From: a candidate division WOR-3 bacterium
Lineage (GTDB): Bacteria > Hydrothermota > Tepidihabitantia > B3-TA06
Reading direction: 5' to 3'
Assembly: GCA_965649265.1 (NCBI GenBank)
Contig: CBFGKC010000011.1
Location: 60,453 to 101,034 of the forward strand
Length of the DNA stretch: 40,582 nt
A program made the position numbers and the translations under genes. This document shows, piece by piece, positions 18,537 to 27,275 of the stretch; the stretch's first letter is position 1; the number at the start of each line of letters is the position of its first letter. Under the pieces are notes generated by a model. The model searched no databases. It saw only the letters and a program-made list of their open reading frames with translations, and was not told the DNA's origin.

Positions 18537-19996
18537 TTGTGGCTTCTTCTTAAAGAATCACTTGAAGTTTGCGAAAGTTTCTGCAGGAACGTTTCACCCC
18601 ATTTTCTTATATCGCGGCGCTTGAGACGCTTGCGCATCTCATCCATTCGTGCGTGGCGCTCCTTGGGTTTCATCTCCAACGCCCTCTTTAAGCCGCGAAC
18701 TATAGAGGGGATACTGTAAGCGTTTACGATCACAGCCTCTTTCAATTCTTCGGCCGCTCCTGCGAATTCGGAAAGCACGAGCATCCCCCGGCCCGGATCC
18801 TGGCTCACAACGTACTCCTTAGCCACAAGATTCATTCCATCCCTGAGAGGTGTTATGAGGCATATATCAGCCGCTAAATAATAACTTATCAATTCTTCAA
18901 AAGGAAGAGAACGAAAATAATAATGGATCGGAAGCCATCCCCTTCTGGAAAAGCGTTCGTTTATCCTGGACACGGCATTCTCGACCTCTATCTTCATCTT
19001 GACATAATCGAGCAGCTGCACCCGGGTCGGAACCGAAATCTGAACGAAGCTTATTTTTCCAATATAGGATGGATTTTCTTCGAGAAATCTCTCAATTGCC
19101 GCAAGTCTTTCAGTTATGCCCTTGGAGTAATCCAATCTGTCAACACCGAGAATTATGTGTTCGGCGCCTATCTCCTCGCGAATCCTTCGTGCCGTTTCCC
19201 TGGCCCTTTGTTTGCCGACAATCTTTTGTACTCCTTTGTAGTCAATTCCCATAGGCAGCGCCGCGGCGTGGGTTGGTCTTTTTTTCCGGATCAATCCTTT
19301 CGCGAAAGAAACATCCATCGAAAGGAGCTCTTCTGCCGCCTGGAGAAAATTGTTAAGATAAGAACGGCAGTGAAAAGCGACTAAATCGGCTCCCAGAAGA
19401 CCCGTAAGTATCTCCCTGCGCCACGGTAAGGTTCTGAAGATATCGAGGGGGGGGAAGGGGATATGCCAGAAAAAACCTATCCTCGCCCTGACGCCGAGAG
19501 CCCGAAGCTTGGCCGGAACAAGTGACATAGGATAATCGTTTATCCATAAAGTATCCCCTGTTTTAACCTCTGCCGAAACGATTCTTGCGAATTTATCGCT
19601 TACTTCGTTATAGACAAACCAATCTGCCTCCTCATACTTGGTTCGCCCTAAAAAATTGTGTGAAAGGGGCCAAAGGGTACTATTTGCGAAGCCTAGGTAA
19701 TAGTGTTCGACTTCATGAGGAGTCAACTCAACGAGTTTAAGGTCAAAAGTAGGGTTTTCGGGAGGAATCCGGCAGATATTTCCAGGGCAAACCAGGGAAT
19801 GAGGTTTTCCCCAGGCCACCCACATGCCGTGAGTGGACGTAAGAACAGGTTCAAGTCCCGTAACCATGCCGCTTACGTTGCGAACCATCCGCACTCCCCT
19901 CCTCGATTCTTCAAAATAATAGGGGCTTCTGTTGGATACGACTATCAGCCGATTCTTCTTGCCTCTACGCGTATGATTCCCAGTATCGCCAGACAC
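18533..19996 (-). CDS. otsA: Trehalose-6-phosphate synthase (GT20)
   Basis: [59 protein letters not shown]. Confidence 0.95.
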   Translation of the reverse strand: MSGDTGNHTRRGKKNRLIVVSNRSPYYFEESRRGVRMVRNVSGMVTGLEPVLTSTHGMWVAWGKPHSLVCPGNICRIPPENPTFDLKLVELTPHEVEHYYLGFANSTLWPLSHNFLGRTKYEEADWFVYNEVSDKFARIVSAEVKTGDTLWINDYPMSLVPAKLRALGVRARIGFFWHIPFPPLDIFRTLPWRREILTGLLGADLVAFHCRSYLNNFLQAAEELLSMDVSFAKGLIRKKRPTHAAALPMGIDYKGVQKIVGKQRARETARRIREEIGAEHIILGVDRLDYSKGITERLAAIERFLEENPSYIGKISFVQISVPTRVQLLDYVKMKIEVENAVSRINERFSRRGWLPIHYYFRSLPFEELISYYLAADICLITPLRDGMNLVAKEYVVSQDPGRGMLVLSEFAGAAEELKEAVIVNAYSIPSIVRGLKRALEMKPKERHARMDEMRKRLKRRDIRKWGETFLQKLSQTSSDSLRRSHK

Positions 19997-20001
19997 GCTT
20001 T

Positions 20002-20029
20002 ATACTATCACAAAATGGAAAATTGTCAA
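20002..20029 (-). promoter_or_regulatory. Promoter TTGACA-N16-TAGTAT for otsAB, probably leaderless
   Basis: -10 ends 5 nt before GTG 19996; no SD sequence. Confidence 0.7.
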
Positions 20030-20036
20030 GAGAAGG

Positions 20037-20492
20037 TCACGTTCCTGAGAGAGGATTATTGGTTCCCCACCCGCGCCTTCTGAGATCGGCTGCCACGCTG
20101 TTTCCCGCAAAAGTGACCAGTACTATCGATAAAACAGTTAATATGCCGTCCGGAAGAAATATCCCGAGAGCAAATAAGGGCACCTGACCGGCAAGTGTAA
20201 TCATAAAAATTATCTCTACAACAATAAAAGCAATTATTGGTGATGAAAATTCAACAAGTTTTGCGCTCCTGTAAGTTGCAAAAAATAATATCAATCCCGG
20301 TGCGAGAATCCCGACCCATAGCAATCCCATGCTTATTCTGATGATAATTGAGTCTATGCGTAAAAAATGCACAAAGCCTTCGAGTAAGGATTTGACCGCA
20401 CCCCAGATAATACAGCGTACCCATCCTAAGCGAGTTATCTGGCGCAGAAGCGTATCCTGATATCCAAGTATATCCGTGTCCACTATCATCAT
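20037..20492 (-). CDS. Hypothetical polytopic membrane protein (possibly 5'-truncated)
   Basis: 151 aa with 3-4 hydrophobic segments; no clear RBS; frame runs into the CTCAG repeat upstream. Confidence 0.45.
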   Translation of the reverse strand: MMIVDTDILGYQDTLLRQITRLGWVRCIIWGAVKSLLEGFVHFLRIDSIIIRISMGLLWVGILAPGLILFFATYRSAKLVEFSSPIIAFIVVEIIFMITLAGQVPLFALGIFLPDGILTVLSIVLVTFAGNSVAADLRRRGWGTNNPLSGT

Positions 20493-20536
20493 AGACGAAA
20501 TACAATCTACATACGTTCCAGTCCCCAGCCCCCCTA

Positions 20537-20703
20537 CCCCTCCTCAGCCCTCCTCAGCCCCCCTCAGAGCCTCCTCAGAGCCAGTCCTCCTCAGAAACCA
20601 CTCAGAGACCCTTTTTGTAAACTTCTCTTGGGATTTTTTGAAAAGATTCTTAGGCCATTTGGTTGAACGAAGTTCGACATGCGAAATTCGATCTCGCCGC
20701 CCT
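20537..20703 (+). repeat. Dispersed element D, copy 1: CCTCAG tandem repeats plus 43-bp twin-hairpin core
   Basis: About six CTCAG units; core 20661-20703 matches the reverse complement of 24155-24197 at 38/43 positions. Confidence 0.8.
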
Positions 20704-20755
20704 AAGTAAAACTCTCCCAGGAAGGTCTTTCTTAGGCCGAAGATATAGCGTAAAC

Positions 20756-20784
20756 TTGACAAATGGGGGAGGGGGTGATATAAT
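20756..20784 (+). promoter_or_regulatory. Consensus promoter TTGACA-N17-TATAAT
   Basis: Upstream of AAGGAG RBS and ATG 20808. Confidence 0.75.
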
Positions 20785-20807
20785 CTTTCAAAGGAAAGGA
20801 GTGTTCT

Positions 20808-21584
20808 ATGGTTATCCACTTATTGATAGCCTTGTTATCATGCTCATTCCCCGTTTCAAACAAAGGTATTGGCTTTGAGATGAAAGACCCGCATTTGTTT
20901 GCGAAGGACCTATCAGACGGGATATGCAGAAATGACCCCTTTGTAACCCCATTACTCGAAGAAAACCTGAACACTCATCCCACGACCGGTTGTTTACTAA
21001 CTCGATGGGGAGTACCATCCTGGACATTAGAAATTCCTGCCGCATTTATTGCCGGTCATATTTTAGGTTATGCAATCTGGGTACCTATGATGTTCACGTT
21101 CTGGGATGCCGGAGGGTACGATTTTGTAAAACTGGCGCTGGCCGGAAGATATTTTCTTGGGGTTCCGGCAGGAGCGGCCCTGGGAACAATTGCCTCAGGA
21201 GCGATGATTGATCAGGGTGGAACGTGGGGTTCGGCCTTCAAAGGTGCTTTTTTAGGTGATTTGTGTGTTATAACGCTGACTGCGGGGTATTGCCTGATTT
21301 TTGGAGACCCCTGGGAGTACGGCCCCGGCGATGAACCGCCATCCGTAACAACGATAGATCCCTTCGTCAAGATTTTTCTGCCTGTCGTTTCCATCATTCC
21401 TGCGGCAAGCGCGGTCTTCTGGTACGATTCAAGCATCCCAAAAGTGCCCTTTGAAACACCGGATACCATGAGTTATCGATCGTCCTGGACAAGGCATGTC
21501 AGGGAGACCTCGCTATCGGAAAGACATGTATTGGATGGCCACAAATTACCGCTAAGTCTCACTATCGTGTCCCTTAGGTTCTAA
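20808..21584 (+). CDS. Hypothetical membrane protein with glycine-rich TM helices
   Basis: 258 aa; promoter and RBS present; signal-like N-terminus; about four Gly/Ala-rich TMs. Confidence 0.7.
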   Translation: MVIHLLIALLSCSFPVSNKGIGFEMKDPHLFAKDLSDGICRNDPFVTPLLEENLNTHPTTGCLLTRWGVPSWTLEIPAAFIAGHILGYAIWVPMMFTFWDAGGYDFVKLALAGRYFLGVPAGAALGTIASGAMIDQGGTWGSAFKGAFLGDLCVITLTAGYCLIFGDPWEYGPGDEPPSVTTIDPFVKIFLPVVSIIPAASAVFWYDSSIPKVPFETPDTMSYRSSWTRHVRETSLSERHVLDGHKLPLSLTIVSLRF

Positions 21585-21653
21585 TCTATCACAAATCTCA
21601 CTTTTCGGAGAAGGGGGGAGGGGTAGACGTGTATTACGGAAGTCCCGAGTTTT

Positions 21654-21830
21654 ATGGTGTGTTACGAGTGTTACGAGTGTTACGGAAGTTACGGGTGTTA
21701 CGGGTGTTATTTCCTTTGAACTCATACTGCTGATGAAAATGACCTGTGGGATGAGGACTCATCCCAGGGGTCAGACCCTGCCCCGAAGTGAACAGATGCT
21801 ATGTTGTTATCTTTATTGTGTGTTACGGGG
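21654..21830 (+). repeat. Dispersed element C, copy 1: GTGTTACGG tandem repeats flanking a twin-hairpin core
   Basis: Five to six 9-mer units, core ATGAAAATGACCT..GGGATGAGGACTCATCCC..GGGTCAGACCC, then a trailing GTGTTACGG; inverted copy at 27711-27843. Confidence 0.8.
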
Positions 21831-21838
21831 GAGGGGGC

Positions 21839-21866
21839 TTGACAAATCCATATTTCTGATTAAAGT
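21839..21866 (+). promoter_or_regulatory. Promoter TTGACA-N16-TAAAGT, probably leaderless
   Basis: -10 ends 6 nt before GTG 21873; no SD sequence. Confidence 0.6.
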
Positions 21867-21872
21867 AAACTT

Positions 21873-23105
21873 GTGGACACTGAACACAAGCTCGAGACAC
21901 TTGGTGCTGCAGCCCAGTTTGACCTCTGCGGCGCGTGTTTGAACCCAAAGAACGACCCGAGAGCGCACCGGCAAAAGGGGCAAATGGATCGCTGGGTGTA
22001 TCCAGCCGCAATGCCTGACGGCAAGACCATTCTTTTATTTAAGGTGCTGATGGCGAACCGCTGTGAGAACAACTGCTTTTACTGCGTCGCGCGCAGGGGT
22101 AATGACCAGCCTGTGATTTCGTTCGAGCCCGAGGAGCTTGCCCGAATCTTCATGGAGATGCTCGTAAAACAGCTGGTGCAGGGACTGTTCCTCTCGTCGG
22201 CGATTCTCAAGGGCGCGCAGCGGATGATGGACAAGATGCTGGCGACGGTGGAACTTTTACGCTTCAGGTACCGTTTTCCAGGATACATACATCTCAAAGT
22301 TTTGCCCGGCTCGAGAATAGATCAGATAGAACGCGCTGTTCAATTAGCAACCAGGGTAAGCGTGAATCTTGAAGCGCCGACGCCGGAAAGACTCTCACGC
22401 ATTGCGCCCGACAAGCGCTACGCGCAGGACCTTTTCAAGCAGATAGTCGTCATGCACAGGTTAATCGACCGCTTCAATATGAACAAGAAGGGCATACCGC
22501 CGCGCGGCCAGACAACACAGTTCGTCGTCGGAGCTGCGGGCGAGTCGGACGCGGAGATTCTTTCGATCACTAAAGAGCTTTACGACGAGCTGGACCTATC
22601 GAGGGTTTTCTACAGCGCTTTTCAGCCCGCCCAGGGTACGCCTCTAGACGGGCAACGACCGACCCCGCTCTTGCGCGAGCACAGGCTCTACCAGACCGAT
22701 TTTCTCTTCAGACGATACGGCTTCAAGCTCGATGAGATTGGCCTTACAAAGGACGGCAATCTTCCTCTCTCAAAGGACCCTAAAACTATATGGGCCGACG
22801 CGCACCCGGAGTTCTTTCCGCTCGAGATAAACACGGCTCCTGCTGAAGCGCTTTTAAGGATTCCCGGACTCGGCCCGAAAACGATAAAAAGACTCATACG
22901 GGTCAGAAAAACTCACAAATTTAAGAACCTCGAGGAACTTTCAATGCTTGGGATGCGAACAAGAATCGCTTCCGGTTACCTTCTGCTCAACGGTCGCCTG
23001 GCCGGCATGCAGGACAAGCAAAGCGAGATATGGCTGCCCGGCGAAGTCAAGTTCGGCGAATTTGAGAGAACAAGGCTTCCTTTTTTGAAGCAACATAACC
23101 CATAA
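21873..23105 (+). CDS. Putative DNA modification/repair radical SAM protein with C-terminal HhH (TIGR03916-like)
   Basis: LFKVLMANRCENNCFYC, GLFLSS, GYIHLK, SVNLE, GQTTQFVVGA, REHRLYQTDFL, DPKTIWA, LLRIPGLG. Confidence 0.9.
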   Translation: MDTEHKLETLGAAAQFDLCGACLNPKNDPRAHRQKGQMDRWVYPAAMPDGKTILLFKVLMANRCENNCFYCVARRGNDQPVISFEPEELARIFMEMLVKQLVQGLFLSSAILKGAQRMMDKMLATVELLRFRYRFPGYIHLKVLPGSRIDQIERAVQLATRVSVNLEAPTPERLSRIAPDKRYAQDLFKQIVVMHRLIDRFNMNKKGIPPRGQTTQFVVGAAGESDAEILSITKELYDELDLSRVFYSAFQPAQGTPLDGQRPTPLLREHRLYQTDFLFRRYGFKLDEIGLTKDGNLPLSKDPKTIWADAHPEFFPLEINTAPAEALLRIPGLGPKTIKRLIRVRKTHKFKNLEELSMLGMRTRIASGYLLLNGRLAGMQDKQSEIWLPGEVKFGEFERTRLPFLKQHNP

Positions 23106-23345
23106 AAACTAAATTTCATAAACAGGCGGCTAGATTTTAACGGATACTTCTTAAAAAGAAGTACTCGTTACCGCCGATTCCACAAGAGCTAATAAGTTCT
23201 GTTTTTCTTTTCAAAAAAATTCAAAACCAATGAACCTGACAAACCTTTATGACACAAGTGTCCATATAACAGCATCCTCGAAAAGCCTTATTTTGAGCCA
23301 TCTCAGGCTCTATATCGATAAAAATTACCGTGTTGTTTTAAAAAC

Positions 23346-23392
23346 TGTAACTTTTACGTTACACTTGACACTCAATTATTTTTGACTATTCT
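23346..23392 (+). promoter_or_regulatory. Palindrome TGTAAC-N6-GTTACA abutting promoter TTGACA-N16-TATTCT (probably leaderless)
   Basis: Perfect 6+6 inverted repeat at 23346-23363; -35 at 23365; -10 ends 5 nt before ATG 23398. Confidence 0.6.
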
Positions 23393-23397
23393 ATGGT

Positions 23398-23796
23398 ATG
23401 CAAACAGTAGTTGACAAAAAGACCCATGATTTATGGGCAAGCCGAATGGAGAAGCCTGATCTCCTTACAAAGGCAACCGAAATGATCAAGGACATCCTGG
23501 GCGACAGGATCGGCGAAATCAGGGCCGATAAGCTCGGGATACATTACATCTCTGACGATCGCATCATCATGTCCCTGTACGCTTCCTTCCCATATCTTCG
23601 CATCTCTTTCGCACCTGCCGCCGGTCTCCTTCTTCGTGAAGAAGAAACTTTCGACGTTTATCGCTACAACTTCTGGGAGACCACATGGCGCATGACTCAT
23701 GAGTGCTATACAGGAATGTCGCTGTGGATTTCTGAGCCGAGGCACCTCAAGGTCTTTCAATCAATGCTAGAGAGGATCAAAGCTGGAAAGGGATAG
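23398..23796 (+). CDS. Hypothetical protein (possibly YjbR/DUF5655-like alpha/beta fold)
   Basis: 132-aa ORF with its own promoter and a downstream terminator; fold guess is weak. Confidence 0.65.
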   Translation: MQTVVDKKTHDLWASRMEKPDLLTKATEMIKDILGDRIGEIRADKLGIHYISDDRIIMSLYASFPYLRISFAPAAGLLLREEETFDVYRYNFWETTWRMTHECYTGMSLWISEPRHLKVFQSMLERIKAGKG

Positions 23797-23820
23797 CCCT
23801 TTGAACCTTAAAAAGATTTT

Positions 23821-23850
23821 AAGGCCCCAGAAAAGGGGCCTTTCTTTTTT
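23821..23850 (+). terminator. Intrinsic terminator
   Basis: AAGGCCCC-AGAAAA-GGGGCCTT followed by TCTTTTTT. Confidence 0.8.
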
Positions 23851-24120
23851 GTACAGGCCTTTTTTTCCGAAAAAATCAAAAGGTTTTTGGTGAGATTTGT
23901 AGCTAATCCTGAGCGATCTTTGCGGAGGCTCGAGCTTCTGTAGCGGAAAGTGCGGCGATTTATATGACCTTTAGCAATTCGAAGAATTGCTCCGGATGAC
24001 TACCCAGGAGAGGGTATGTGAGGAGGGCGAGCGCCGGGGGCGCATGGGCAGAAGTCTTTTCACATTAACATATCCACGCTTGGTTTTCGGAAAACACGAA
24101 AATTCAGAACAAGATAAATT

Positions 24121-24290
24121 CTCAGAGAGGGGGAGCTGAGGAGGCCTCTGAGTGAGGGTGGCGACATCGAATGTCGCATGTGGAACTTCGTTCGACCGGT
24201 TGCTCCCGGACCATACTTGCTTTCTTTAAAATAAATCAGGAAGATGTTAGAGGTGAGTGAGGGAAACTCTGAGGAGGGCTGAGGAGGGGA
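24121..24290 (-). repeat. Dispersed element D, copy 2, directly downstream of tRNA-Asn
   Basis: Minus strand reads TCCCCTCCTCAGCCCTCCTCAGAG..core GGTCGAACGAAGTTCCACATGCGACATTCGATGTCGCCACCCT..CTCAGAGGCCTCCTCAG. Confidence 0.8.
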
Positions 24291-24291
24291 A

Positions 24292-24363
24292 CTCCTCGGG
24301 AGGGATTTGAACCCCCGACCTAGTGGTTAACAGCCACCCGCTCTACCGCTGAGCTACCGAGGA
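24292..24363 (-). tRNA. tRNA-Asn (GTT), CCA not encoded
   Basis: TCCTCGG acceptor stem, AGCTCAGCGGTAGAGC D-arm, CT-GTT-AA anticodon loop, GGTTCAAATCC T-arm, discriminator G; promoter TTGACA-N16-TATACT at 24379-24406. Confidence 0.96.
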
Positions 24364-24474
24364 ATTATCTTGGAGCGAAGTATAGCCAGGAATAATCCCC
24401 TGTCAAGAAAGCCACTCCGCGCCGGGATGTCCCTTCTTTATCGACACCGTGAAGCGAGAAGAACTTGCGGTATG

Positions 24475-27237
24475 CTACCTTATGAGAACAAACTTGCCGG
24501 CATAAACGCCGGTGGATGTGTGAAGGACAACCATATAAAGGCCTGAAGCGGCCAGCTTGCCTTCAGAATTGAGACCGTCCCAGAAAGCGCCCATGGCCTG
24601 GAGATCTGCCGCCTGAACGTACTTGCCGACGCCTATCTCGTCAAAATCTGTCGGTTCCAATGGTATAATATCCTTTTCGAGAACCAGCTCTCCGCTCAGG
24701 GTATAGATTCTCAATTTTGTGAAAGTGGATGCCTTATTCAATCTGAAGGGAAAGTATATGACGGAGGAAACGGCCGGATTGAAAGGATTCGGGTAAGGCG
24801 AAAGGAGTTCGTTTCGAGAGAAGGTATCGATGGTATCCGGCAGGGGCTGGATTGCCACATAGACGTCCGGTATGCCGTAGCCGAGCGTGTCGTTTGGGTG
24901 TTCGGCGTTCGTCGCGCTCTTTTCGAGAAGGGTAATCAACGTGTCCGGATTACCGCGGTATTCTGGATGCGCTTGTAGAATAAGGGCCGCGCACCCTGCT
25001 ACAAGCGGCGTGGCAAAGGAAGTCCCTGCTCCGTAGTAATACTGCGAAAGAGAATCATCCACATTGATGACATAGACTCCTTTTGCGGGACCCACAAGCT
25101 CGGGCTTAAGGCGGCCGTCCGCCGTCGGCCCAACCGCGCTTCCGACTGCCGTCGCGGCCTGCTCCCACCATGCTCCAAGCGTGTCGACCCCTCCGACGGT
25201 CAGGATGCCTTCCGCGTCGGCAGGAGGAATGATGTATGGAGCGTTTTTAGCGACATTACCTGCCGCGTTCAGGACAAGAACACCTCTGTCGGCGGCCATT
25301 GAAGCCGCTCTCGATGTAGGTGAGGTCTTTCCGTCCCTTTGTTCATAGGAGTACCATTCCCCGTACGCGAGCGAGGAATTGACGATGTCGACGCCTTTGC
25401 GCTCCAGCCATTCCAGGCCCTGGATCCAGATATCCTCCTCGACCTGAAGTTCATATTTCAGGCCGTAAAAGTTGATGTTCTTTTCGGTCTTGGCGACATA
25501 GAGCTCAGCGGCAGGCGAAGCACCCATGTACCTGCCGCCCTGGTATCCCACTGCCAGAGCCGCCGTGCGGGAACCGTGAGCGGGCTGACTGAAGTTGTTA
25601 ACATCGATTCCATCCTCAGTGGGATCGTAATCGGTGTTGTCGTCTCCGTTGTAAACCCAGGCCGTCTCGAAATTGCCGCTTGTCGAGGAACCATGCGGAC
25701 TGTATGAAAACTCCTCGGGGGAGAGGGGGGAGGGGGTATCCCAGGAACCCTTGGTGACCTCGGTGGTGAGAAAAACCTGTCCAGCACATTCAAATACGGC
25801 CTTGAGCGTCGAGTTATCGGTAACAAGGTCGACTCCGTCGATAACCTCGTACGTTTCAGGATGAATCACGCTCGACCAGGTTGTACCGGCGTTACCGGTC
25901 TCGAAAGAGTGAAGCCTGAATGCGCCCGACGCGTCGTCAATCTCCGCACAGATGAGATGGTTACCCTCGATATCGAAAGCAACTACCCTGGAGGTAGCAG
26001 GGGACGTGAGCGTCGTGAAACTGGCACCCATGTTAAAGCTTCTTGCCATGTGAAGTTTTCCGGTGGTTAAATCGAGCGCGGCCACAATCAATGTGTCACC
26101 CGAGAGCGAAGCCCTGGGCGTATCGAAAATACCTGATGACGCGAATACGTCGGAAGCCGCTCCCCACACGAACGTCGTGCCGGTTTTCAATGCCGCGTTC
26201 ATTCTAATGACGCTATCCGTCTTCACGTAAAAGAGCAGATTCGTGTCGCCGTAGGTTACAATGTAAGGGGTTCGCGAATCGTAATCCAGTGTCGCCTGGT
26301 TTCCGGTCATTCCGTCATACGATAGAGTGTTCCACTTCAAATCACTTATCAAGAGCCTTTCGACATCCCCGCCCGATCCTGATTCCCATACGAGAAGCAG
26401 GTTCGAATCGCCTGCCGCAGCGTATGACCTCACGACGCCCTCGGTGAATGAAAGGTAAGTCGGCGTGAGCGCGAGTGCGGTTCCCCAGCCGGTTTGCGCC
26501 CGGCGCGAAGCGAAGAAAACTCGCGCGGATTCCAGGTTTTCCTCGGTGGAATCGGCAATGAACAACATCCACTGACCGTGAATCTCGGGCTGCATGACCA
26601 TCGCGTAATTCGAGAGCGCCGACTCGTAAGAACCCCTGTTTTCGTCCCACACGACAATCTCGTCACCGGTAATGAAATCGTGCTCGGCACCCAGCTTGAG
26701 CGTGTTGAAGACTGGATGGCTTTTCCTAAGGCCCGTATCGAGGAAACCGATCTTGACGCCTGTGCCGAATATGCCCAGGTTATGGACTTCAGGAATATTC
26801 AGGAGCGCAAGCTGATGATAGGTCGGACCGAAGTACGCGGAATCTATCGCTGCCTTGCGCATGATTGACGCGTCCGAGCGGGTTGTGACGGCGCTCGCAA
26901 CCGCCACCGGTTCCACCGAACGAACGAAAGGCATGGCGTTCAATGACTGGGACTTCATGCTGTCAACCTCGACGCTAACCGCATTGAGCCAGCGCGAACG
27001 CGTGCGGATGCGCGCCCCTTCGACTTCGAGAAGCCTTATGTACAAAGGATTAAGCGGCAGGTCGTCCTCGGTTCCGGCAGCCGCGATCCTTGAAGCCTTG
27101 CGCCTCTGAAGGGTCTCTGCAGAAACCCTGACCGCATCGGTTTTTTGCGATTCTACCTTGTTGTTGAAATAAACCCAGTACGATTCGTTTGCCCAGATAC
27201 CCGTGAAAAAAACAGCGAGGGAGATGATAGCTCTCAA
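24475..27237 (-). CDS. Secreted S8 subtilase with inserted BNR/propeller-like domain and C-terminal T9SS/FlgD-type sorting domain
   Basis: Signal peptide; YWVYF..SRWLNAVSV propeptide; catalytic triad FLDTG / AHGS / GTSFATP; AAGN oxyanion; YPNPFNP..IYTLSGELV..WDGLN..ASGLY tail. Confidence 0.9.
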   Translation of the reverse strand: MRAIISLAVFFTGIWANESYWVYFNNKVESQKTDAVRVSAETLQRRKASRIAAAGTEDDLPLNPLYIRLLEVEGARIRTRSRWLNAVSVEVDSMKSQSLNAMPFVRSVEPVAVASAVTTRSDASIMRKAAIDSAYFGPTYHQLALLNIPEVHNLGIFGTGVKIGFLDTGLRKSHPVFNTLKLGAEHDFITGDEIVVWDENRGSYESALSNYAMVMQPEIHGQWMLFIADSTEENLESARVFFASRRAQTGWGTALALTPTYLSFTEGVVRSYAAAGDSNLLLVWESGSGGDVERLLISDLKWNTLSYDGMTGNQATLDYDSRTPYIVTYGDTNLLFYVKTDSVIRMNAALKTGTTFVWGAASDVFASSGIFDTPRASLSGDTLIVAALDLTTGKLHMARSFNMGASFTTLTSPATSRVVAFDIEGNHLICAEIDDASGAFRLHSFETGNAGTTWSSVIHPETYEVIDGVDLVTDNSTLKAVFECAGQVFLTTEVTKGSWDTPSPLSPEEFSYSPHGSSTSGNFETAWVYNGDDNTDYDPTEDGIDVNNFSQPAHGSRTAALAVGYQGGRYMGASPAAELYVAKTEKNINFYGLKYELQVEEDIWIQGLEWLERKGVDIVNSSLAYGEWYSYEQRDGKTSPTSRAASMAADRGVLVLNAAGNVAKNAPYIIPPADAEGILTVGGVDTLGAWWEQAATAVGSAVGPTADGRLKPELVGPAKGVYVINVDDSLSQYYYGAGTSFATPLVAGCAALILQAHPEYRGNPDTLITLLEKSATNAEHPNDTLGYGIPDVYVAIQPLPDTIDTFSRNELLSPYPNPFNPAVSSVIYFPFRLNKASTFTKLRIYTLSGELVLEKDIIPLEPTDFDEIGVGKYVQAADLQAMGAFWDGLNSEGKLAASGLYMVVLHTSTGVYAGKFVLIR

Positions 27238-27275
27238 GTTATACCCCCTTTATATGGTTTTAAAGTTTTCGTAAA

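Noticed and set aside
21654-21712. Tandem repeats (GTGTTACGG, CCTCAG, TTTTGTCC) as CRISPR arrays
   Set aside because: Units are about 9-12 nt with no unique 30-40 nt spacers, and there are no cas genes.
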